Positions 34,450 through 43,984 of a stretch of DNA of 51,549 bases are shown here, piece by piece (the first letter of the stretch is position 1; each line of letters starts with the position of its first letter). The stretch is from the NCBI GenBank assembly GCA_021160725.1, contig JAGHCA010000044.1, forward strand, positions 1-51,549, read 5' to 3'. A program made the translations under genes and the position numbers. This DNA is from Dehalococcoidia bacterium (GTDB lineage: Bacteria; Chloroflexota; Dehalococcoidia; GIF9; AB-539-J10). A model generated the notes under the pieces. That model searched no databases. It had not been told where the DNA came from and saw only the letters and a list, made by a program, of their open reading frames with translations.

Positions 34450-35871
34450 ATGGCTGAGAAACCAAAACTGAATCTGAATCGGGTGCCGATACCGAAGCAG
34501 ACTCCGGAGGTGAGGAGGAGGAATTTCAATGAAGTGGCTCTGGGATATACCGACGAGCAGGCTTTGGAGGAAGCCAGTCGCTGTATTGACTGCAAGAAAG
34601 CTGGCTGCAAGGATGGTTGTCCTGTCAATATAGACATCCCCGAATTTATAAAAGCAATAAGGGCAGGTGACATGCCTGAGGCAGCAAGAATACTTAAGAG
34701 CAAGAATAGCCTCCCTGGCATTTGTGGTCGTGTCTGTCCTCAAGAAACGCAATGCGAGATGACCTGTAATCTGGCCAAAAAAGGAGGCCCGATTGCTATT
34801 GGCAGACTAGAGCGGTATGTGGCTGATTGGGAAAGAGATCATCCGGAAATCGCAGAACAACAAAAAGAGCGAATAAGATTCAATGGTAAAAAAGTGGCTG
34901 TAGTTGGCTCTGGACCAGCAGGTCTAACCTGTGCCGCTGACCTGGCCAAGCTGGGGTATGAAGTTATTATTTTTGAAGCACTTCACGTTGCCGGTGGCGT
35001 GCTGATGTACGGCATCCCCGAGTTTAGGCTACCCAAGGTAATTGTTCAGAGTGAAGTTGATTATGTGAAGTCGCTGGGTGTGGAAATTAAGCTCAATCAT
35101 GTTATCGGGAAAATAGCTACCGTAGATGAACTTCTGGAAAATGGCTTTGACGCTGTTTTCTTATCTCCCGGGGCTGGGGCACCGGTATTCCTGAATATAC
35201 CTGGGGAGAATCTTAGTGGTATTTATTCTGCTAACGAGTTTCTTACTCGAACAAATCTGATGAAGGCATATCTTTTTCCTGAGTATGATACCCCTATACA
35301 AGTGGGGAAGCGGGTAGCAGTATTTGGCGCTGGAAATGTAGCTATGGATGCTTCCAGATGCGCTTTGAGACTCGGAGCAGAAGAAGTGTATATTATCTAT
35401 CGGCGCTCCAAAGTGGAAATGCCTGCCAGGCTTGAGGAGAGGGAAAACGCTGAAGAAGAGGGGGTTATTTTCAAGCTTTTGACTAATCCCAGCAGATTTC
35501 TTGGTGATGGACGGGGTAGAGTCAGAGCAGTGGAGTTACATGAAATGGAGTTGGGTGAGCCCGATGAAAGTGGCCGGCCACGGCCGATTCGAAAGCCAGG
35601 CTCTGAGTTCATTATGGAGATAGATACGGCCATTCCTGCTTTGGGCACAAGACCTAACCCGATTATTCCCTCAACAACCAAGGGGCTTGAACTTACTAAG
35701 TGGGGTACCATTTTGACTGATGAGGCCAGTGGCAGGACAAGCAAGGAGAGAGTCTGGTGTGGGGGGGATATGGCTACAGGGGCAGCCACGGTTATTAGTG
35801 CCATGGGGGCAGCACGGCGGGCAGCTACCGATATAGATAAATATTTGAGGGGTAGTACCGAGTGGTCATAA
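34450..35871 (+). CDS. nfnB: NfnB/SudA/GltD-like NAD(P)H flavoprotein with 2x[4Fe-4S]
   Basis: 473 aa. Carries EEASRCIDCKKAGCKDGCPVNIDIPEF..GRVCPQETQCEMTC, VVGSGPAGLTCA, FGAGNVAMDASR..IYRRS and GGDMATG. Confidence 0.85.
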   Translation: MAEKPKLNLNRVPIPKQTPEVRRRNFNEVALGYTDEQALEEASRCIDCKKAGCKDGCPVNIDIPEFIKAIRAGDMPEAARILKSKNSLPGICGRVCPQETQCEMTCNLAKKGGPIAIGRLERYVADWERDHPEIAEQQKERIRFNGKKVAVVGSGPAGLTCAADLAKLGYEVIIFEALHVAGGVLMYGIPEFRLPKVIVQSEVDYVKSLGVEIKLNHVIGKIATVDELLENGFDAVFLSPGAGAPVFLNIPGENLSGIYSANEFLTRTNLMKAYLFPEYDTPIQVGKRVAVFGAGNVAMDASRCALRLGAEEVYIIYRRSKVEMPARLEERENAEEEGVIFKLLTNPSRFLGDGRGRVRAVELHEMELGEPDESGRPRPIRKPGSEFIMEIDTAIPALGTRPNPIIPSTTKGLELTKWGTILTDEASGRTSKERVWCGGDMATGAATVISAMGAARRAATDIDKYLRGSTEWS

Positions 35872-35928
35872 TATAGGATTGTCTGCTGTAGTAATCTGCA
35901 AACATCAGTGTGATGGTATTACAGTATG

Positions 35929-35947
35929 ATACTGCTCTGGGCAGTAT
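35929..35947. terminator. possible bidirectional hairpin between convergent nfnB and the hydrogenase large subunit
   Basis: ATACTGC-TCTGG-GCAGTAT (7-bp stem, 5-nt loop). No clear U-run on either side. Confidence 0.25.
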
Positions 35948-35988
35948 TGCTGTTGTGCCTCGCCGATTTTCAGGACAAACACAGGACA

Positions 35989-37425
35989 CTACCTTATAAT
36001 CTCTTTTATTATTTCACCGTCAGGTGACACGACCTGAATGTTGAAAGGCATTTGACCTAAGGCATGTGTTGAGCAGGATAGACACGGGTCATAGCAGCGG
36101 ATAGCCACTTCAACCCGGTTGAGTATGCCTTCGGTTATTTTGTTGTTCTTTATGTGTGTTTTGGCTACCTCATATACTGCTTTGTTTATAGCAGCGTTAT
36201 TATTGCCTGTGGCTACTATGAGGTTGACTTTTTTGATTTTGCCGGTGTCGTCTACCCAGTAGTGGTGGAATAGAGTGCCCCTCGGTGCTTCGAGCACGCC
36301 AATACCCTGCTCGTTGTATTTGTTGGAAGTGACTATAAGGTCAGTCGAACAGATATCCTTATCCTCCAGCAACTGCTGGATCTTTTCGATGGAATAAAGC
36401 AGTTCTATGAGACGGGCGTAATGATAGTATAATGAACCTTCCACTATGCCGTTATTACCCAGTTTCTTGAAGTTCTTGAGTTCAGCATTGGCTAGTGGAG
36501 TGGATATTCCCTGGCTGACGTTGAGTCGGGCAAGCGGTCCCACCCGATAAGTACCCTTAGGGTAGCCCATCTTCTTGTAAAATGGAAACTTGAGATAAGA
36601 CCAATCCTCCACGTATTCGCTGATGATATCGAGGTAATTGGATGGATTGAACTGGTCTTCGAGGTTCTTTCCTTTCTGGTCAATTAACCGCAATTTGCCA
36701 TCGTAGAGTTCCAGATTGTTGTTTTCATCCACCAGCCCGAGATAGCCTGTGGGAAAACTGGCGCAGGTGCACACAAACTCATTATCTTGTTCATAGTAAT
36801 GCTTAATTACACTTATAGCAGTCTGCGCATCAGCGATAGCCCACCCAATTTGCTTCAATAAATGGTCTCTGTCGGCAGTGGATAGAGCTGTGTTCATGCC
36901 GCCAGGGACAGCGCCGTTAGGATGGATTTTCTTGCCACCTAGCTTTTGAATTACTGTCTGACCAAAGCTGCGAAGCTTGATACCTTTAACAGCGATGTCA
37001 GGATTCTCAGCAATCAGCCCAATTATATTTCTCCTTGCCGGTTCAGCATCCATGCCGAGAAGTAAATCTGGGCTGGCAAGGTGGAAGAAATGGAGGGCAT
37101 GGGATTGGAGGACCTGCCCCATATGCATTAATTCGCGCAATAGTTTAGCTGGGCGGGTCAGCTCAACTCCCAAAATCTCATCGCAGGCTTTGGCTGCGCC
37201 CAAGTGGTGGCTCACCGGGCAGATGCCACAAATTCTGGGTGTGATTGCCGGCATCTCCCAGAAAACTCTGCCTTCACAGAACTTCTCAAAGCCTCGAAAC
37301 TGTGTTACATGAAATTTAGCATCAGCTACATTCCCTGAATCATCCAGTTGTATCGTTACCTTGCCATGTCCTTCAAGCCGGCTAACGGGGTTTATTTCGA
37401 TAGTTTTGCTAACTTTAGTAGCCAT
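35989..37425 (-). CDS. hoxH: [NiFe] hydrogenase large subunit, group 3 (HoxH/HydL-like)
   Basis: 478 aa. N-terminal Ni-binding motif RICGICPVSHH and C-terminal DPCLSCSTH, followed by a 24-aa extension. Confidence 0.9.
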   Translation of the reverse strand: MATKVSKTIEINPVSRLEGHGKVTIQLDDSGNVADAKFHVTQFRGFEKFCEGRVFWEMPAITPRICGICPVSHHLGAAKACDEILGVELTRPAKLLRELMHMGQVLQSHALHFFHLASPDLLLGMDAEPARRNIIGLIAENPDIAVKGIKLRSFGQTVIQKLGGKKIHPNGAVPGGMNTALSTADRDHLLKQIGWAIADAQTAISVIKHYYEQDNEFVCTCASFPTGYLGLVDENNNLELYDGKLRLIDQKGKNLEDQFNPSNYLDIISEYVEDWSYLKFPFYKKMGYPKGTYRVGPLARLNVSQGISTPLANAELKNFKKLGNNGIVEGSLYYHYARLIELLYSIEKIQQLLEDKDICSTDLIVTSNKYNEQGIGVLEAPRGTLFHHYWVDDTGKIKKVNLIVATGNNNAAINKAVYEVAKTHIKNNKITEGILNRVEVAIRCYDPCLSCSTHALGQMPFNIQVVSPDGEIIKEIIR

Positions 37426-37439
37426 GTTTTCACCTCTTT

Positions 37440-37976
37440 CTAATCGAAGCGCATCATATCGCTGGGCAGAACTGGTATTCTGCCTGCCAGCAACTCTTTT
37501 AACGCATATAAGATAGCTCCAGCTTCTGGTGGACAGCCTGGCACATAACAGTCTACCTTTACCACGTGATTTGCTGGTTTTACCTGGTCTAGGAGTGCTG
37601 GCACACCAGGCGGGCAGGGTATTTTGCCTTTGTAGGTACTTTCAGTCTCGATATATCCTCGCCTGAGAACCTCTTCTTTATCGAAAGTGTTGCGCATAGC
37701 ACACACACCACCGAAACAGGCACAATCCCCCCAAGCCATAAGGATTTTGCAGTGAGCCCTGAGTTCCTTGAGCACCTCTTCCTCTTCAGTATTGCCGACA
37801 GAGCCTTCCACAATGCCGACATCTACCTGGGGGAAGTCCTTTATGTCTGTTATAGGAGTTCTAGTGAATTCGACCTTATCGGCTAGCTCGATTATCGCCT
37901 CATCAATATCAAGGAATGACATATGACAGCCAGCACAAGCTTCCAACCAGATTGTAGCTACCTTGACCTTTGTCAT
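37440..37976 (-). CDS. hoxY: [NiFe] hydrogenase small subunit (HoxY/HydS-like, Nqo6/NuoB fold)
   Basis: 178 aa. Carries ACAGCHMSF..GDCACFGG..GCPP. Confidence 0.85.
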   Translation of the reverse strand: MTKVKVATIWLEACAGCHMSFLDIDEAIIELADKVEFTRTPITDIKDFPQVDVGIVEGSVGNTEEEEVLKELRAHCKILMAWGDCACFGGVCAMRNTFDKEEVLRRGYIETESTYKGKIPCPPGVPALLDQVKPANHVVKVDCYVPGCPPEAGAILYALKELLAGRIPVLPSDMMRFD

Positions 37977-38001
37977 GTTAGAAACTCCTTCTTTTCAATT
38001 G

Positions 38002-39993
38002 CTATTTCTTCATCTGTTGCGAAATTTCACGCAATATCTCTGCATCTGCCTTGATGTCATCAGATGATTTGACGAGGGGCGAAGTCAATTTGGCTATACC
38101 GTCCAGTGTGGTATATTCTTCCCCTACCTCTGTCCAGATTGGCGATGGTAACACGACGTCGGCTTTCGATGTTGCTGATGAGAGATAACTTGATTGAATA
38201 ACTATGAATTCTAATCCTGTGCTAAGGTTTGGTAATTCTGATGCGTCAACATAGTCATCAGACAGAAGTAAGTATAAAGCCTTTATGTTGTTGCTCGTCA
38301 GGTTCTTTATGATTGATTGCGATGAATTGGCTATTCCTATATCCCAGGCGCCACGGCTATTTCCCTTGGGTTTTAGAGAGATGATTTGTGGTCTCTCTTT
38401 ATCTTGACTGCTGACGATGGTTGCCAAATTGAGGAGAGATGTTATCAGCCCGGGATTCTTGTGTTGCAGAACGCCTTCGCCGTAGACTATGATGTTGTGC
38501 TTAGCCTTGCTGAGCATATCTGCAGCCTCAAGAAGATCATCGCTATCTATCCCAGCTCGCTTACTATTTTGCTTTACATTGATATCCTTGAGGGATGCTG
38601 CTACTTCCTTTGTCCGGGCAGAGTCTTTCTTAGTGCTCTTCTCTATGACAGCTTTGGATAGGACATTCACTGCTAGTTGCTCAGTGCCTTCCTTTGGTTT
38701 TAGCCACAGCGTAGCATGGTAAGGGAAGGCATTTTGCGCCGGGTCGATAATGATAAGCTTTGCCTTGTTCCCTCTTACTGCTCTGGCAATATAAGAACCA
38801 GCCACAGGATGGCTTCCAAGGGGATTGGCTCCTACCACGATTATGCAATCAGCCTTGAGTATCTCTTCTAGCGAGGTTTCGATATCCAAACCTCCCTGAG
38901 CTCGAGGACCGTTTATGCCCTTGATAATGGTTCTGTAGGTATCCCCATCGAGAGTGTCGATTAAGTCACTGCCGATTGTACCGGCTATGAGTTCTTTGAA
39001 GGCCTTGAGGGAGTTGGTACTGGCCTGGCTTGATGCTATGCCAGCTATACCGTTACTGCCATACTGTGCTTTCAATCGAGCAAGTTTATTGGCTACCGTG
39101 TCTATGGCTTTAGATAGTGGCTGTGGCTCGAGCTTACCGCGACCATTTCTTACCAGTGCTGACTTGACACGTTCGTCTTTTCTGGACAACAGAGCAAAAC
39201 GTCCTTTGTCACAAAGTATGCCGCGCTTGCCAGTAATGTCAGGGCTGTCAATTCTCACGAGCCTGTTATCCTTGACTAGCGCTTCAATCTCGCAGCCAAT
39301 CCCACATATTGGGCATATGGTGTTTACCTTTTGGCATTCTTGGGGTTTTCCCTTGTAGGCGCTGTTCTTGGAGAATATGGCACCTGTGGGGCAGGCTTGA
39401 AAACAAGCTCCGCAGGAAATGCAGGATGATGTTCCTAAAGGTTGATTGAGGTCGGCGATAACCATGTCTTTCCAACCGCGATGGCCAAAGTCCAGTGCAT
39501 GAACGCCCACAATTTCATCGCAAGTCCTGATGCATCTGCCACACAAAATACAGCGATTATGGTCAATAACTAGGTAATCGTTTACTGAGTCTACAGGTAA
39601 CGCTGGCCATGAATATGGATAGCGCACATTGTCCATCTGGTACTCATAAGCAAGGCTCTGTAGTTCACAATCGCCGCTGGCCACGCACTGAGCGCACAGG
39701 TGGTTGCGTTCGGTAAACATCAATTCCAGAATCAACCGGCGATATTTCTCCAGTTTTTCATTGTGTGTCTGTACTACCAACCCATCTCGTGCCGGATAGG
39801 TGCATGCAGGCACAGGGCGCCTTTCTTTTTCAATATCAACCACACACATGCGGCAGGCGCCGACATCAGTTAGCCCTTTTAAGTGGCACAAGGTTGGGAT
39901 GTGTATGTTGTTAGCTTCACATACCTCAAGAACAGTATCTCCCTCCTTGCCTTTCACCTGCTTGCCATTGACTGTAAGCGTTATTTCTTTCAT
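38002..39993 (-). CDS. NuoG/HoxU/HydA-like Fe-S subunit with truncated molybdopterin-oxidoreductase-like domain
   Basis: 663 aa. N-terminal [2Fe-2S] (CHL..GACRMCVV) and several 4Fe-4S motifs (CILCGRCIRTC, CISCGACFQACP). MopB-type Fe4S4 motif CPICGIGCEIEA..GILCDKGRF, followed by ~400 aa of molybdopterin-like fold. Confidence 0.85.
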   Translation of the reverse strand: MKEITLTVNGKQVKGKEGDTVLEVCEANNIHIPTLCHLKGLTDVGACRMCVVDIEKERRPVPACTYPARDGLVVQTHNEKLEKYRRLILELMFTERNHLCAQCVASGDCELQSLAYEYQMDNVRYPYSWPALPVDSVNDYLVIDHNRCILCGRCIRTCDEIVGVHALDFGHRGWKDMVIADLNQPLGTSSCISCGACFQACPTGAIFSKNSAYKGKPQECQKVNTICPICGIGCEIEALVKDNRLVRIDSPDITGKRGILCDKGRFALLSRKDERVKSALVRNGRGKLEPQPLSKAIDTVANKLARLKAQYGSNGIAGIASSQASTNSLKAFKELIAGTIGSDLIDTLDGDTYRTIIKGINGPRAQGGLDIETSLEEILKADCIIVVGANPLGSHPVAGSYIARAVRGNKAKLIIIDPAQNAFPYHATLWLKPKEGTEQLAVNVLSKAVIEKSTKKDSARTKEVAASLKDINVKQNSKRAGIDSDDLLEAADMLSKAKHNIIVYGEGVLQHKNPGLITSLLNLATIVSSQDKERPQIISLKPKGNSRGAWDIGIANSSQSIIKNLTSNNIKALYLLLSDDYVDASELPNLSTGLEFIVIQSSYLSSATSKADVVLPSPIWTEVGEEYTTLDGIAKLTSPLVKSSDDIKADAEILREISQQMKK

Positions 39994-39995
39994 GT

Positions 39996-41430
39996 CTATT
40001 CTCCTGCTTCAAGGTCACATCTTAGACATCGGCTGGCTTCCTCTATTGCCTCCTTCGCGCTGTAAGGTAAGACTGTCTCCTCAAAGGAAGTTATCCTATC
40101 AGCAGCGGGAATCTCGCCAATCTTTAGTCGATGCTTTTCTTCAAGCTGGTCTTCGGTCGGCATCACGGAAGGCACATCTATCGGTTCGTAGCCGTTGCGT
40201 TCGACTAATGGTGTGAGTTCTTCTCCTTGAAGATATCGCCTTATTGAGCAAGCTGCCCTTTGTCCTGCAGCTATTGCTTCGATTACTGTGGCTGCGCCCG
40301 TATGTACATCTCCGCCGGCGAAAACTCCTTTACGTCCGGTAGCTAGAGTTCTCGGGTCGGCTACTATCGTTCCCCGTTTTGTTACGCTTATCCCATCTCT
40401 GCTAAGGTACGTAGTATCAGGTCTCTGTCCTGTAGCTTCGATAACCGTATCGAAATTCACAGTGTATTCGGAACCCTTGATCTGGTAAGGGGTTTTTCTG
40501 CCACTCTTGTCAAACTCCCTTGGTTCCATGCGGACGCACTCGACCCCATCGACTTTGCCGTTCTTGCCCATGATCTTGACTGGCGCCGTTAGACAGTGAA
40601 TAAGTATGCCTTCCTCTTCAGCGGCCTCGATCTCTTCAACTATTGCCGGCATATCTCTCTTTTCTCTTCGGTAGAGGATATGCACTTCTTTGGCGCCCTT
40701 TCTTAGGGCTACTCTGGCTGTATCGATGGCTGAGTTCCCACCCCCAACGACGGCCACTTTTTGTCCTACCTTGATATCTTTCCCCAGGTTTACTTCCCTC
40801 AAGAAATCAATGGCGTCAAAGACTCCATTCAGGTCTTCACCAGGGATGCCCATCTTGTCACCTTTATGTGCACCGGTAGCGATAAATACTGCCTGGTAAC
40901 CGTCTTTCAGCAGAGATTCGACATCGTTTACAGGTGAGTTAAGTCTTATATCAACCCCGAGCTTTTTTACTGTTTCGATCTCTCTGTTGAGAACGTTCTT
41001 GGGGAGGCGGTATTCAGGTATACCTACCGCCAGCATCCCACCAGCCACAGGCAGGGCTTCAAACACGGTAACCTGGAAACCTTCTCTGGCAAGATCCCAG
41101 GCTGCTGATAAGCCCGCCGGACCAGCGCCAATAATTGCTATCTTTTCTTTCCTTTTCTCTTTGATTTGAGGAATGTATTCAAGTCCGTGGTTAAATGCAT
41201 AGTCAGCAGCGAACCTCTTCAGATGCTTGATTGCAATAGGGTCTTCAATCTGAGCTCTTCGACATTTGCCTTCGCAAGGGTGGTGGCACACGCGTCCGAC
41301 ACTCAATGGTAATGGTAGCCGTTGCATGATGAGCCTGTAAGCTTTCTCAAAGTTACCTGCTTTTATGAGAGCAACATATCCCGGGACGTCTAGTCCAACA
41401 GGACAGGTATGCTGACATGGTGCCCTGAAG
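39996..41430 (-). other. GltD/NfnB-like module of the NuoF fusion
   Basis: Starts near ..PLFRAPCQHTCPVG (about 41430) and runs to the stop codon. Confidence 0.7.
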
Positions 41431-43085
41431 AGAGGTTGACAGACTACAGCCGGGCATTTTTTGTCTATGATATGCGCTTCGTATTCCTCTCTGAAATGCC
41501 GAAGTGTGGTTAGCACCGGGTTAGGGGCTGTTTGCCCCAGACCACAGATAGAGGCAGAACCGACCATCTCAGCCAGCTCTTCTAGTGTAGCGAGATCTTC
41601 CATCGTGCCTTCGCCGTTTGTGATCCTGGTCAATAGTTCAAGCATCTTGGGTATCCCGGCACGGCATGGAGTACATTTGCCACAAGACTCGTCCCTGGTA
41701 AATTGGAGAAAGAACTTGGCGACGTCAACCATACAGCTATCCTCATCCATTACCACTAGTCCACCCGAGCCCATGATAGCCCCCAGCGCAGTAACAGCCT
41801 CATAGTCTACTGGGGTATTTAAGTACTCGATAGGGATAACGCCGCCCGATGGACCTCCTATCTGCACTGCTTTGTACTTCTTCCCATTCGGTATACCGCC
41901 GCCGATATCAAATACAATCTTTCCTAAACTTGTACCCAAAGGGACTTCAACCAGACCTGTGTTATGCACCTTGCCAACCAGACATAAAGTTTTTGTGCCT
42001 TTGCTGGTTGTGGTACCGACGCTACTGAACCATTCAGCCCCTTTCCAGATTATCTGTGGGACGTTCGACCAGGTCTCCACGTTGTTGAGCGTGGTGGGCT
42101 TGTCGAAAAGTCCTTTGTTAGCCGGGAAGGGTGGTCGCTGGCGAGGATTTCCTCGTTTTCCTTCGATTGATATCAGAAGGGCTGTCTCTTCGCCGCAGAC
42201 AAAGGCACCGGCTCCCGGGAATATATCCAGGTCGAATTCAAAGCCAGTTCCCAGAATATTTTTCCCCAGCAGGCCGTATTCTCGAGCCTGGTTTATAGCG
42301 TGACTTAATGTTTCGATAGCAAGGGGATATTCAGCGCGGATGTATGCATAACCTTGGCGCACATTGCCTATGGCATAGGCTCCTATGGCCATACCCTCGA
42401 CTATTGAATGTGGGTTGCCTTCGAGGACAGCGCGGTTCATATAGGCGCCGGGGTCACCTTCGTCACCGTTGCAGACAACATATTTTTCATCGCCCTGAGC
42501 ATTGCGGACAAACGTCCACTTTGTAGCTGTTGGGAAGCCTGCTCCTCCTCGACCTCTCAAGCCAGCTTTTCCTATTTCTGCGATAACATCCTCCGGCTTC
42601 ATCTGGGTCAGTGCTTTAGCCAGCGCTTGATAGCCGTCTCGGGCGATGTATTCTTCGATGTTCATCGGGTCGAGGTCCTGGTTATGCATTACCCGTATTT
42701 CTTGCAGCTTGAGCAAGGGGTCATCGGGATTTAGTTTCCATTCGTCTACTATCTTACCTTTAATGAGGTGCTGCTCGATGACCTTGGGAACTTTATCCTC
42801 GGAGAGATCGTAATAGATAGTCTTGCCTTTTATGGGATGAACAATTGTAACTACTGGTTCTCGGTCGCATAAGCCAATGCAGGCTGCCTTTAATACGACG
42901 ACTTCTGTTAACTTACGGCTTTCGATCTCTCGTTGAAAAGCCGCAAGGACTTTGTTTGCGCCTGAAGATATTCCGCATGTTCCAAGATGAACTTTTACCT
43001 GGGTCTTCTTTTCTCGTTGCGACAGTTTCTTGTTAATTTGGTCTACAAGCTTGTTTAATTCTTCTACCGACGCAAGTCGTTTCAT
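39996..43085 (-). CDS. NuoF/HoxF/HydB-like FMN-NADH subunit fused to a C-terminal GltD/NfnB-like module
   Basis: 1029 aa. N-terminal thioredoxin-like [2Fe-2S] domain (GTCGISSGA..CIGLCDREP). NuoF core (GLRGRGGAGFPTATKW, ESCGKCTPCR). GltD block (CPVGLDVPGY..GRVCHHPCEGKC, IIGAGPAGLSAA, VVGGGNSAIDTAR..LYRRE). Ends ..EEASRCLRCDLEAGE. Confidence 0.85.
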   Translation of the reverse strand: MKRLASVEELNKLVDQINKKLSQREKKTQVKVHLGTCGISSGANKVLAAFQREIESRKLTEVVVLKAACIGLCDREPVVTIVHPIKGKTIYYDLSEDKVPKVIEQHLIKGKIVDEWKLNPDDPLLKLQEIRVMHNQDLDPMNIEEYIARDGYQALAKALTQMKPEDVIAEIGKAGLRGRGGAGFPTATKWTFVRNAQGDEKYVVCNGDEGDPGAYMNRAVLEGNPHSIVEGMAIGAYAIGNVRQGYAYIRAEYPLAIETLSHAINQAREYGLLGKNILGTGFEFDLDIFPGAGAFVCGEETALLISIEGKRGNPRQRPPFPANKGLFDKPTTLNNVETWSNVPQIIWKGAEWFSSVGTTTSKGTKTLCLVGKVHNTGLVEVPLGTSLGKIVFDIGGGIPNGKKYKAVQIGGPSGGVIPIEYLNTPVDYEAVTALGAIMGSGGLVVMDEDSCMVDVAKFFLQFTRDESCGKCTPCRAGIPKMLELLTRITNGEGTMEDLATLEELAEMVGSASICGLGQTAPNPVLTTLRHFREEYEAHIIDKKCPAVVCQPLFRAPCQHTCPVGLDVPGYVALIKAGNFEKAYRLIMQRLPLPLSVGRVCHHPCEGKCRRAQIEDPIAIKHLKRFAADYAFNHGLEYIPQIKEKRKEKIAIIGAGPAGLSAAWDLAREGFQVTVFEALPVAGGMLAVGIPEYRLPKNVLNREIETVKKLGVDIRLNSPVNDVESLLKDGYQAVFIATGAHKGDKMGIPGEDLNGVFDAIDFLREVNLGKDIKVGQKVAVVGGGNSAIDTARVALRKGAKEVHILYRREKRDMPAIVEEIEAAEEEGILIHCLTAPVKIMGKNGKVDGVECVRMEPREFDKSGRKTPYQIKGSEYTVNFDTVIEATGQRPDTTYLSRDGISVTKRGTIVADPRTLATGRKGVFAGGDVHTGAATVIEAIAAGQRAACSIRRYLQGEELTPLVERNGYEPIDVPSVMPTEDQLEEKHRLKIGEIPAADRITSFEETVLPYSAKEAIEEASRCLRCDLEAGE

Positions 43086-43094
43086 TGCACTCTC

Positions 43095-43625
43095 CTATCG
43101 ATATGAACTCAGGATATCCTTTAGTCTGCTGGGCTTCACTCTCCTATGTATATCTTCATTGATGGCTAACACAGGAGATAAACCGCAACAGCCAATGCAC
43201 CTTACTGTTTGTAGCGAGAATCTGCCATCTGCTGTCGTCCCCCCAGACTCAAGACCGAGCTCTTTCTTCAGAGTATCAATTATTTTCTGCCCTCCCTTGA
43301 CGTAGCAACTGGTACCCAAACACACCTGAATGACATATTTACCCTTTGGCACCATCGAGAAAAAAGAATAGAAGCTCGTTATTCCATACATCTCGCTTAG
43401 AGGGATTCTCATTTCCCTGGCTATTATTTCCAGAACCTCACGTGGTAGATAGCCAATGAGCCCCTGCGCCTTTTGTAATACCCTGATTGGCGCTCCTGCT
43501 TGTCCCTCAGTAGCTTCAATTATTTTCTTTATTTGCTGCTGTGTCTTGCTATCTATAGCTTTACTTGCTTCCTCTTTGATTGGTTTGGTTTCGACTGCTT
43601 GCTTCAAGGACACCTCCTGAAACAT
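43095..43625 (-). CDS. hoxE: NuoE/HoxE/HydC-like [2Fe-2S] subunit
   Basis: 176 aa. Carries VCLGTSCYVKGG..RCIGCCGLSP (the C-x4-C...C-x3-C NuoE pattern). Confidence 0.85.
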   Translation of the reverse strand: MFQEVSLKQAVETKPIKEEASKAIDSKTQQQIKKIIEATEGQAGAPIRVLQKAQGLIGYLPREVLEIIAREMRIPLSEMYGITSFYSFFSMVPKGKYVIQVCLGTSCYVKGGQKIIDTLKKELGLESGGTTADGRFSLQTVRCIGCCGLSPVLAINEDIHRRVKPSRLKDILSSYR

Positions 43626-43984
43626 GACTGATTTGTGGTCATGAAATAGATTCGTAGCGATGCACTAGATGGCATCCCTCTGGATTTTAGATCTAGTTTC
43701 CAAGGCATCGGTCTCAAAGGGCGAATTCACATACTCAGTTGAGCTAAACGTGGCTTGTGAAGCTACATAAGTGTAGCATCTAACTTTATCTGGTGCAACT
43801 AGGTGTATTGCTCTCTTAACCTAAAATTGTTATAGTGGTTTTGCTTATCCGTAGAAGCTTATGTGCCACAAGTCAGTGAGGGTCTACTATATTGCATCCT
43901 TGGAAAATTGAGGCAATGAATCGTTGTTAAACTGGTATCCGGTGTATAACTTTTTTAAGCTTAATCTGTGCAAGGAGGTTAAAT

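Noticed and set aside
22102-40488. Recurring long antisense ORFs inside every GltD-like module (22102..22440, 26391..26792, 35397..35804, 40288..40488) that share peptides such as SPPANTP.
   Set aside because: The shared peptides are simply the reverse-complement reading of the conserved sense motif (V/I)FAGGD(V/M). The recurrence reflects paralogy of the sense genes, not a conserved overlapping gene. All are Ser/Pro/Thr-rich with no start context.
43853-43868. TGGCAC (minus strand) in the divergent region upstream of the hox-like operon.
   Set aside because: The -12 region reads CTTC, with the GC dinucleotide displaced by 3 nt. Only the -24 half matches, so it cannot be called a sigma-54 promoter without experimental data.
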